A stretch of DNA of 64,000 bases, taken from the NCBI RefSeq assembly GCF_001194135.2, contig NC_068988.1:4584191-4648190 (forward strand), read 5' to 3'. This DNA comes from Octopus bimaculoides. Taxonomy: Eukaryota. A program made the translations under genes and the position numbers. The notes under the pieces were generated by a model, which saw only the letters and a program-made list of their open reading frames with translations, did no database searches and had not been told where the DNA came from. Positions within the stretch are counted from its first letter, which is position 1; every line of letters begins with the position of its first letter. Positions 53,540-64,000 of this stretch are shown in pieces.

Positions 53540-55215
53540 GTGGGCAATTATGGAGCGAATTTTAGGGCTTATAAATCTAATATTCTCCTATCCTTCCTTA
53601 ATACCGGTTCCCATATGCTGCTCATATCTGCACTCGGTCTGCTTAGGAGGTTGTTGTGTCCTAGCATATGTGCTGCTTCTTTTAGTTTTCGTATTTTCCA
53701 GTGGTGTTCTCTGTCTATTATTTTAACTTTATCCCACAGGGGGAGATGGTCTCCATTTTTCCATATTTGATCAGCTATACCCGATTTATCAATATCTCCT
53801 CGTGTCACAGCTTTGCGATGTTCGTCCACCCTTATTTTGAAAGGGCGGCACAGCTGCATGGGATGGAGTACACGCATTTTTTGGTCATATTCTCATCTAT
53901 TGGTGGTTTTACTCGAAGGAGATATTTGCGAAGTGTTGTATTACTCTTGAATACTGTCCTGGTGTCATAAGGGCCGCATATCTTTTGTATCTTTTCGGAG
54001 AGGCCTCTCACATAGGGTAAACGGACTGTGGACAGTTTATTGGCTTCATCCTCTCTCTTTTTCATAATTGAAGTGGATAGTATACTTACTTTTGAGGTAG
54101 TTGTTGCTTAATAGATTGTTACTGAGCTTGATCATTTCTTCGTGGTGTGTATCACGATCGTTACTTATATTCTTTGCACGATCGTTACTTATATTCTTTG
54201 CACGATGTTTTAGGCACTGAGTAATCCCTCTCTTTACACTGTATGGAGGGTGGGAATTGAAGTTGAGGTATCGTCACTTATAAGACTTGCGAGCATTTCT
54301 ATAACAATTATAGGTTTCATTTCTAAGAGTTACTCGTTGTCAATATTCTTATGAACGGGATACACAAAAACGCATTTACAGCCACAAATGTATTTTTTCA
54401 CGAAGTGTTTTATAATCCCAAGTCTCGGTTTATGACATTTTTTCTTTGCTTAATTTAACATTAATCTATCTCATGATACCAAAGTATAATCAATAGCCTC
54501 ATTCTGTTTCACATTTCAAAAATGGTGTCGATATATGTTACCTTTGAAATTAGCTTTCAAATCTGAATGGTACTTTTTCCTCATATTTTCTTCTTAAACT
54601 ATTGCATCTTTTAGATAAACCTTTTAGATAATTTTCAGAAGAAGATATTTTAAATAATGTAACATATAAAACATATGATTAATTTAATGAATAATATTCA
54701 GTCTTCCTCTATCAAATTTTGAAGTTATTGTTACCACACTGATGATAATGTTCCCCCATCCAAATTATATGTTTGACCCTTTTCCTTGTATTGATCCAAC
54801 TTCAATATCCATAGAACCATGTATATTCACTCAACATATCTCTCGGTTGCAGTTACAAATATTTATTTCGAGTAAGTCTAAATATATATTGTTACAGTGA
54901 ATTAATTATTCATCATCATCTATGCGAATGAATATCATTAAAAGGACTATTTTCTACATACCTGGTGTAATATTTTTACATCTATTTTTGAAAATATTCT
55001 CTGGTCGCAAAGCAGATGTTGATTCATCTCTATCCATTGTTGCAGATATAAGCCGCAAAATCTGGAAAAAGAATATGAAACGGTTTAGATTGGCACACGA
55101 GACCACTGCAGCAGCCACACGTGATTATAACAGAAATACATTTGAAAGAATAAGGTATTATAGGCTCCAGATGAATTACATATACGTATATAAAACATAC
55201 ACAGATATACACACG

Positions 55216-55389
55216 TATTCATGGGTGTGTAAACTTTCCTCCGAACCACATGGTTCCAAGTTCAGTCCCATTGTGTGGCACATTGGGTGAGTGTCTTCTC
55301 TTATAGCTTCAGGCCGAGTAAAGCCATATGAGTGGATTTGGTAGATAGAAAATGAAAGAAGCCCATTGTGTGTATATACGTGTATGTTT

Positions 55390-55390
<1 letters not shown>
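55216..55390 (+). mobile_element. SINE family B 5' half, running into (TA)n and a gap
   Basis: accacatggttccaagttcagtcccattgtgtggcacattgggtgagtgtcttc..gagtggatttggtaga..gaaagaagccc matches the reverse complement of 36400-36570. Confidence 0.8.
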
Positions 55391-55431
<41 letters not shown>

Positions 55432-58400
55432 NNNNNNNNNNNNNNNNNNNNNNNNNNNNNNNNNNNNNNNNNNNNNNNNNNNNNNNNNNNNNNNNNNNNN
55501 NNNNNNNNNNNNNNNNNNNNNNNNNNNNNNNNNNNNNNNNNNNNNNNNNNNNNNNNNNNNNNNNNNNNNNNNNNNNNNNNNNNNNNNNNNNNNNNNNNNN
55601 NNNNNNNNNNNNNNNNNNNNNNNNNNNNNNNNNNNNNNNNNNNNNNNNNNNNNNNNNNNNNNNNNNNNNNNNNNNNNNNNNNNNNNNNNNNNNNNNNNNN
55701 NNNNNNNNNNNNNNNNNNNNNNNNNNNNNNNNNNNNNNNNNNNNNNNNNNNNNNNNNNNNNNNNNNNNNNNNNNNNNNNNNNNNNNNNNNNNNNNNNNNN
55801 NNNNNNNNNNNNNNNNNNNNNNNNNNNNNNNNNNNNNNNNNNNNNNNNNNNNNNNNNNNNNNNNNNNNNNNTATATGTATTTTTCCATATATGTATTTTC
55901 ATACACTGTTTTTAACATTTTCATCTTATTATCAGAGAATGTGTGATAATCAGTATGTAACACTACAAAGTTCATACAAAGCTTTATACTTTAAATATAT
56001 TTTATCATCAAAGAATGTATATGTGCATTTTAATACTCAAACTGTTTTTTAACATTTTTTATTATTCTCAAAGACTTTTGGTAATCTTTTTCTAAAAAAG
56101 TGAAACCCGTTAAGTAAATAAATATCTTTAAAATAAGTGCATTTTCAAACCTTCTTCCATATATATTTCCACTCGTACGGTATTCCACAACTTTACTTTA
56201 TTATATATATATAAACTGTAAGCTCCACTAAATATATTGTTTTGCCAATAGGATTGTCTTCTTGACCAAACAAGAGAAACCGAATAGGTTCTACACAAGA
56301 AATAAAAAGTGTTGACTTTCTCAAAAAGGATAATTTTACTGTAAATTAAGTAATATCAGTTTTATACACGCATAAGTCAGATAAACATACAATTGATTAA
56401 GAAATGAAGTTGGGCAGATCCCCTCTGAGGCGTTGTCAGCAAACCGTGAAATGATCCGTTGGAAGCCTTCCTCCTTCTGCCTATGTATCAATAGTATAGA
56501 ATGAATGGGTTTACATTTTTATTGAAGTCACGATGGGGCTTTCTATTAATTAAATTTATATGTATATATCATATATATTCTTTATATATGGTCAGACTGC
56601 TAGATTACTTCTTAGGTATGATTAAGCGATAACATGTAAGACAGAATTGCGTCTCAAAAATATACTGCAACAATATAGCTTCCTATAATATATACAGCTC
56701 ACCCTCTTTTAGGTATTGTTTTTTGATTTCCTGATTCTAAGTCGATATGGTTTCACTGAACTTTTAACACAACGTCTCGTCGCCCACACCTTGTATGATA
56801 ATGTAAGGTGGAACTTTGTGAAAGCCTGTAAGACTGATAGACTTTGTGTAATATATATATATATACATATGTATACATATATACATATGTACGTATGTAC
56901 ATATGTATGTGTATATGCATGTATGTATCTATGTATGTACATATGTATGTACGCATATATGTATGTATGCATGTATGCATATATGTATGTATGTACGTAT
57001 GTATGAATGAATGAATGTATGTATACATGTAGATATATATGTATATGCGTATGCATATACAATTCGGCTGTTCTAGACTCCCCTTCGGTTAGTATTGTAA
57101 TTACTATCATCAAGGCAATTCTAGGAAGCACATGGAGCTCTATGAAAATTGAACAAAACTGAGAAATAAATATAGCTGATAGAGAACCAAAATTATATAT
57201 ACATGCATACATATATGTGTGCGTGTGTGTGTTCGCGCACACGTGCTTGCGTGTATGTTTATATTTGTTTGTATGTATGTATGTATACAAGCATATATAT
57301 ATATATATATGCACACGCACATTTTTCATACACGTACGTATACAGGGATGCTTGACTAAACCCTTTGAGTAGAATCCTATAACAACTGATACGGAAGGAA
57401 ATGATTTCCACAGATTTTAGGGGCCAAATAATGTCGGCATGTTCCCCGTTGCCAAATTTATCTTTATGTGAAATCTTATTGACCACTCCTTTCTGAAGGA
57501 ACTAACTGGAATTTATGAGGAGTGATAGACATTTTGTGCCAAACCGTATATTAATATCAGCGAGAGCAATTAACAATTTAGCATTTCACATCTTACACGC
57601 GATTATATGTAAGCATGTATATCTACTAGGAAGTATAAATGTGCATAGGGACATGCATACAAACACGAGAGCACGCACATGCAGTTGAGCTATCTCTCAT
57701 TCCCTCTCTATCTCTCTACGAATACTAACATATATACATACATGCATCTTAAATATATATATACACACACACACACATACATATGTTCCGTATACTAATG
57801 TATATGTATAAGGTATGCATCAAAGTTTAATATGACGTATACGTGTGCGAGTGTTGCAGAACTGTAGATACATTACATCGTTTATGTACCTCATTATCAT
57901 GAAGCTACGAATTACATGTATTTCAAAATATATGTAATTATACGTAAAAAACAAAAAACGGTATTGGACAACCAATAAACTTGAGTTTGAATCTATTTTC
58001 ATGAGATACAAATATTAGTTTTTTATGCGTACATTTAATAGTATAGGAGAGGTATAGTGAATCGTTTAGCGCCATTTATTTAATGGCACCGAAGTGACGA
58101 AAGAGGACAAGAACGAAATAGCAGTTAAAAATCATATGAATGCCAAATATATTCCGTGAGATAAATTTTAATGACAATTAAAAATACAAAAAGATCTCAA
58201 TATGTTAATAGTGTAGATATAAAAATGAATATTGTAAGAAGAAATCAAAATGTTTTTTATGATGTTAGTTACGTTCTCAAACCCTTTAATTCCTTTTATT
58301 CAAGAGAAGGATTCATCTTTGAGACGATCCAGTGCAATCTAATAAAGTATGTTTTTTTCTGAGATTTACACACAAATTACATTCAATAAACGGATAAGAA

Positions 58401-60799
58401 TATTTAACCATAATTGAGTAGCATTTCTTGTAAGCCTTAAGTGAAGTCAAACATATTTTTTCCATTAGTTTCTTCAGGCAAATTACGAAAATAATTAAGA
58501 GTAAAATACAAAAAAATTGAATAAGATTTATGAAAGTATTTTTATGAGTTTCAGAAAAAGCTATCTCTTGATATCTTCTTTTAAAAGATATGACTTGAAA
58601 ATTAAACAAGTGTAATTCGTAAAAAGAGTTTTAGGAAACATACATTGATGTGATGAAGATTTCTTTGTGTATATTCTCAACACCACTTCCAACAAACAAC
58701 AACGTTTTACAGAAATTGTTTAGAAGCAAATTACAATCAATCTGTATATATCACACAGACGCAATTTCATATAAACTCGGCGGGTCTTTTTTATTTATAT
58801 ATATATATATACTCAATATACATAGTTTACATATATACATTGCGTATATACATAGCATATGTACTTCCAGCCTCAACATTTTAATATCTCAAAACACAAT
58901 AGCAGGTAATTAATTATATACATATCCGCTTACTACGTACTCTTACAACCACAATATACTGTGTGTTTTTTATTTAAATTACTAGTAATGTTCTCTCAAT
59001 TACTAATTTACATTATGTACCTTTTAAAGTAGATTAAACAAATTAAACTGCTAGGTTGATGAAACAGTTTCATATCTTGTCGGCGATTTACAAACAAGGC
59101 GCCATCTTAATCCATGATTGATTGTTTGCAAGTCAGTGTAGATACCAAAACAAAAATAAAAGAATTAAATTCTTTAAAACAAAACAGGTTAGCGGTTAAA
59201 TGTCTTAACCTTTTTCTGTTGTAATTAACTTGAAAGCTTTATATTATTAAAATCGTCATTCTATCGGATTTTTTAAAATTTCAATGTCTTTGTTTTTGTT
59301 TTGTTTTTCATTGTTTGGGGGATGGATACATGTTTAAATGCAGGAAAGTAGACATTAGAAATTATTTTGTGGGTAGCTTTGAGAAAGCAATCGAGAAAAT
59401 AATTTCCTTATTCTGCTGTGATTTATTAGTGAAGAGAGACAAAGAAATTATTGGTGTTAAATGAAACATCAGCAGAAAGTAAGAAAATGAAAAGAGAATT
59501 ATTGGTAGCAAAACTGTTTCTTTGATCAGCCTGAACGTATCCATATAGTGGTAAGAAATGTTCTGATATATCTTCTCATTAATCTCACTGATCGTGTCTG
59601 AAAGATTAAATCAGCTAATGTGTTTAGTTATCTGATAAAATTAACTAATAATATATTTACTATGATATCTCGCTCGACATTAATATCTGTTGGCAGATGA
59701 TATTGATTAGCTCGAACTCTACAAAAATCCAAACAAAACTGATAAAAACAAGAAAAAAATCTCTGAGCATTTACTGATGTAAGATCAAGAATGATATGTA
59801 TCATTATCAGTTCAATCTCAACAGTAACTGATAAACAAATTCTGTAATCGATAAGAAAATTCAATCTACAAATGCCTACGTTACGATCATCTAAAGGGAT
59901 ATTTTATTAAAGAAGACCCACGAAATATTATAGTGATGAAATGTTCCTCCGCTACAAACAATTACTGTTTTCATTTCTTCGCCTCATATTTCTAACTTGT
60001 TTCACTCCCAGACGCTACAGACCTACTTATTCTAATCCCATAAATCTTAGGCGTTGGACTAAATTAAAATATGCAATTAATAAAAATATCTTTATAAAAA
60101 ATGTTATCTTTCGTATCTGGAACTCGGCAGTTTTAAAGAAAGTCAATTTTCACTTTTTTTTTTATATTTGTGTTGTTAAAAGTCACACTCAGTTTGAAAC
60201 CTTCATGGATAGTTAACGGTGGACACACACCAAATGCTACAAATTCGTGTAACATAAAATGATTCTTATATTGCATACAAAATATTGTGTATATATACAA
60301 TAATGAACATGTTACATATTGCATACACAATTGTATATGTAATATTTCATATATTCTATACATAATATTATATAAATAAATATAGTAGTGTTTCGATAAT
60401 TTAACAACCAAGTGTCTCAGAGCAATTCATTTCGCTATTTTCCCACACCAGGATACTAGGGTATTATATATTTTAAATACTCCTTATTGCTAGGGTAATA
60501 AGAGATTTCATATTCATACGAAATCTTTCACCATACATGTATGTTAAAAACAACAATGTAATACATGTACTCATCAAGACAGACACGTATTATTTCCATT
60601 GTATTTGTCTATATATTTTTTCAAATGTCCCTGGAATTACGGTGAAATACGATAATTAGCAGTTTGTTCTAATTTAATCTAAATATACAACCAGGCTTCA
60701 ACTAGTTAGTACCATAAACGTTATGAGAATAAACAGTGACATCTCTCGTGCTCAAAATATATTCAACAAACTTAATTAATGAATAATAATCATACTCTC

Positions 60800-60925
60800 A
60801 AGGTGGACGAATCATTAGCGCACCCATCTTTTGCCTTCTGAGGTCAAATTCCTTCGACGTCAACTTTGCATTTCACCCTCCCTCAAACCTGCTGGTTTTG
60901 TACCAATATTTGAAACCATTGTTAA
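60800..60925 (+). mobile_element. SINE family C fragment
   Basis: gaggtcaaattccttcgacgtcaactttgcatttcaccc is the reverse complement of the cluster consensus. Confidence 0.6.
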
Positions 60926-61024
60926 TTATAGTCTCCTATTTTACCCATTAACTAAAACCGGCCTTTTTTAAGGTTACTATATTTATTAACAAAAACCTCG
61001 ACTCATCAAAACGTCCCTCCGGTT

Positions 61025-61929
61025 TCTTTTATTTAACACACAGGCCATGACACAGAGGGGACAGCACAAGGACACGACAAAAAAAAACATTTAGGGGCTG
61101 GGGTTATACCTTAGTTAAATATCAAATATAATGAAATCGGATGAAATTACACTGTACAATGAAATCGAAATGAATTTTAAAATTATGTTAATATATTTTC
61201 CGGGTTCGTGTTCGAACCGCCTGTTTTTTCCCTTTTTTTTTATAACTTTTTATAATACCCCCTTTTTTATTATAATTTTTCCTTCCGTCATTTCCGTTTA
61301 GACCAACCACACTAGCGCGGCCTCATTCACTCTCAACTTCTTTACGACATTTGTCTATCTTTTTTCAAACGCTCTTCGAGGCAGGCATCTCTTCTCAAGA
61401 CTTATCTTTCTTTACAGGTGGTAGTTAAAAAAAACCCAACCTATCTGTGTCTGGAGATAAAGTTGACTTTCTCAATTCTTCTTCCACGCGTCATCCATAC
61501 TGTCTCTTTTAATACGGCTACTACGCAGAAAAATGACGCCCCCCTTTCCTTGTTAAAGGAAGAAGGCGGTACAATCTTGAGGAGAGACTCAGTCGATAAC
61601 CGTACTCTTTCCGTATCTGACACCAATTGTTCGACATAGGTTATCAGTCCCCTTAGTTCCTCACAATATACAAAGGTGTGCGTTACAGTTTCACTGACAC
61701 GCCTGCACCTCGGGCATGTGGTGGGATACCAGCACTATGCCTTGACAACCTCTCTCGAACTGGCAAAGCCGATTGGTAGCACAGCCAGGTCAGGGATTTC
61801 TGGAAGTTGTCCAGATACCCCGGCCCAAATGTTCCTCCGAACAGGTTGAGAAGCTGTTCCTCGTCGAAGCCCAGAGTCTCCCCCAGGACACGTGCTCTAC
61901 CAACCCACTATAAAAATCCGCAGTTGTAC
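61025..61929 (-). mobile_element. 5'-truncated L1/Tx1-like LINE (ORF2 zinc knuckle + 3' UTR) with 18-bp TSD
   Basis: LDNFQKSLTWLCYQSALPVRERLSRH..CPRCRRVSETVTHTFVYC (CCHC at 61663-61716)..VAVLKETVWMTR; tail aaataaaagaa; TSD caaaacgtccctccggtt at 61007-61024 and 61930-61947. Confidence 0.88.
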
Positions 61930-63699
61930 CAAAACGTCCCTCCGGTTCTTTATACACGCACCGAAGAGATAAATATTCCGACTCGAAGAACGCCGAAGAC
62001 ACACACACAAAGCGAAGTGTCTCTGATTATAATTTCGCAAGTTTAGTTAAAAGATTAAAATATTAAAAAATAGTGGTAGTTTTTTTTCTTTACTACGGAC
62101 AATAATTCTAAATCTTTTGGGATCAGAAAATTACATACTGTTGCATTCCTATTTCTTTAAGAACATAAACATCTATGTTGGAAGAGAACTGAATATTTAC
62201 CAAAGCTGGAATTGAACGCAAATTGTGATGACGGCTGCCAGAGGCTCCTTCCCATCCACGTCCGTGGCATAAAATATTTTAATGTTAGGTGGACTAACTT
62301 TAATTGAATTTGTTACAATATATATTTGTTATTTATTTCATCCACTTCGCTTGATTAAAAGACAAAGTTAAAAGTGGTAGAATTAGAATTCAGAAGATGA
62401 GGCAATCGAAACGTATGATAGACAATCCAAATATGAAGCCAGCAGAAAATGGAATAATGGCAAGCACATGTCTGTTAGTTAAAGAACATAGAAGGAAAAT
62501 AACTTGATAATAATTGGTTGAAACAATATGAAAATTTAGTAACTTTCCCAATTTCTTTTATTTTCTTTTTTCTCGTTACTTAAGTCACTGTAAACGATTT
62601 TTATGTTCTAATCTTTGAGAAGACTACAGTTCAAATGATGTTTACATCCGATTTACTCCAGACTGTAAAAACTGCTACACTTTAAAGAAGTATGTTAATT
62701 GAATTAGATCTCCGCAACGATACACCTTATGCTTCATAGATTATTCTTCAGCTAATTGGCGTCTAATAAGTAGCTTCTAAATGAAATTTGGACTAGCGTT
62801 TCGATTCTTGGTTATAAGTTTTGAAGGAAAATAACCAGAGACACACATTAGGGATAATCGACTCCGTTAAAGTTTGTAATAAATAGTTTATTTTACTGTT
62901 TGTTTTGAGAAAATTTAATTTTAATTATTTCTAAAAGAAGGAATTAAATTTTCTTTTCTAGTAGAAATATATTTTCCTCTTAGTTTTTTTTTTTTTTAGA
63001 TTTACTTAACGTAGATGGAATTTAGATGTCTACAACTAGAAATTTATCTTCAATATATCTACTTACCCAGATCACAAAAGAACAACGGAGCACACACACA
63101 CGCATATATATGTGCAGTTTAATTGAATTCGTAATTAATGAGGTACAATGTACATTTTGCAATGACGCAATTTGATGACGGGTTATACGAACATGCATTA
63201 GATTTTATCGTGCAATAATTCCAATAGTTTAGGCTTCTCTGTTGTGATGATATGGTATTAATTTTCCCTTGTATGCAGCTTCGAAGATAAAATGAACTGT
63301 TTTCAATGAAATTTCGTGACAACCTTTTTCTTAGACATTCCCTCAGATCGTGTATTAATCAATAGTTAACTCGAGTTAACCATAGGATAGGCTGGTTATT
63401 TTTGATTCGACAAAGAATCTTACATTGACTGTTCTATTCTTATGTATGATGGGATCTTTACCCTTTGGACGGCACATTGAGAAATTACTTTTTTGTAATT
63501 AAACACTTTCAAACTTGGGACACTGGTAGACTGTGTCATATAAAACATCTTTTACTCTTAGTGATGCTGAGAAAAGTTTATATTTTCAAAGTTATTTCGT
63601 GTTAGAGTTGTCTTATTTCGGTAATTTCAACCAATCAATGACGTGTATTCAGCTGAATAAAATTACTGCTGTTGTTTTTCAACAACTTCCGGTGGTGTA

Positions 63700-63960
63700 T
63701 ATTACGAGAGGGGCCAATTGAGAGCGGGACCAATTGTGCCGTATTGTTGTTATGTGATGTATGATTTACGCTGTGGGCAGATAGCACGGGGTCCAAGTCT
63801 TGGGTGTATCTTAGAGGCGATGCCAGCTTCAATACTGATGGAATATTTTCTACATCATGCAGATGATGCAGTGCTCACGGCGGCGTTGGAGAGAATAAAG
63901 CTTAAGCTTTTCTAGTCGACCTCAATAATCAAGGCCTGTCATGTCATCTATCTTTTTTGT
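63700..63960 (+). mobile_element. Possible internally deleted mariner relic
   Basis: Begins tacgagagggg (mariner-like terminus); YFLHHADDAVLTA resembles LHHDNAPAHTA. Confidence 0.3.
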
Positions 63961-64000
63961 AATTGACCTTTGAGGTGCTTCAATTTTCATATTTTGTTTC

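Larger units (their letters stand above)
53340..54300 (-). mobile_element. 5'-truncated Penelope-like element (RT thumb + GIY-YIG endonuclease + 3' repeat region)
   Basis: RYLNFNSHPPYSVKRGITQCLKHRAKNI; LPYVRGLSEKIQKI..TVFKSNTTLRKYL..KCVYSIPCSC; RPFKIRVDEHRKA..KSGIADQIW..WKIRKLKEAAHM (ORFs 53832-54065 and 53569-53877, frameshifted where the YIG motif should be). Confidence 0.92.

Noticed and set aside
63365-63380. Perfect 16-bp palindrome gttaactcgagttaac
   Set aside because: Palindromes of this length are expected by chance in an AT-rich 64-kb window.

Overview
AT-rich, microsatellite-laden eukaryotic DNA that is intergenic or deep intronic. The repeat families look like those of a coleoid cephalopod, probably Octopus; this is an inference from recognising repeats, not a database hit. 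I find no intact host protein-coding gene, rRNA, true tRNA or CRISPR array. Most ORFs in the track are read-throughs of microsatellites or N-gaps. The recognisable content is decayed mobile DNA: four R4/Dong-type RLE LINE remnants, a 5'-truncated L1/Tx1-like LINE with an 18-bp TSD, CR1- and RTE-type fragments, a Penelope-like element (RT thumb + GIY-YIG), a full-length dead mariner, other mariner and pogo/Tigger relics, at least five tRNA-derived/SINE-like families and several foldback or MITE-like inverted repeats. Best leads: (1) the Penelope 3' end carries a tRNA-like Pol III A/B-box cassette just upstream of a decayed minimal hammerhead ribozyme, a possible PLE-embedded SINE/retrozyme-like module; (2) RLE LINEs sit in different microsatellites, (CATA)n and (TAA)n; (3) a nested palindrome is built from head-to-head tRNA T-arm halves; (4) many long hairpins could be ADAR substrates if transcribed. 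Some short 10-N gaps are flanked by false duplications (assembly artefacts).
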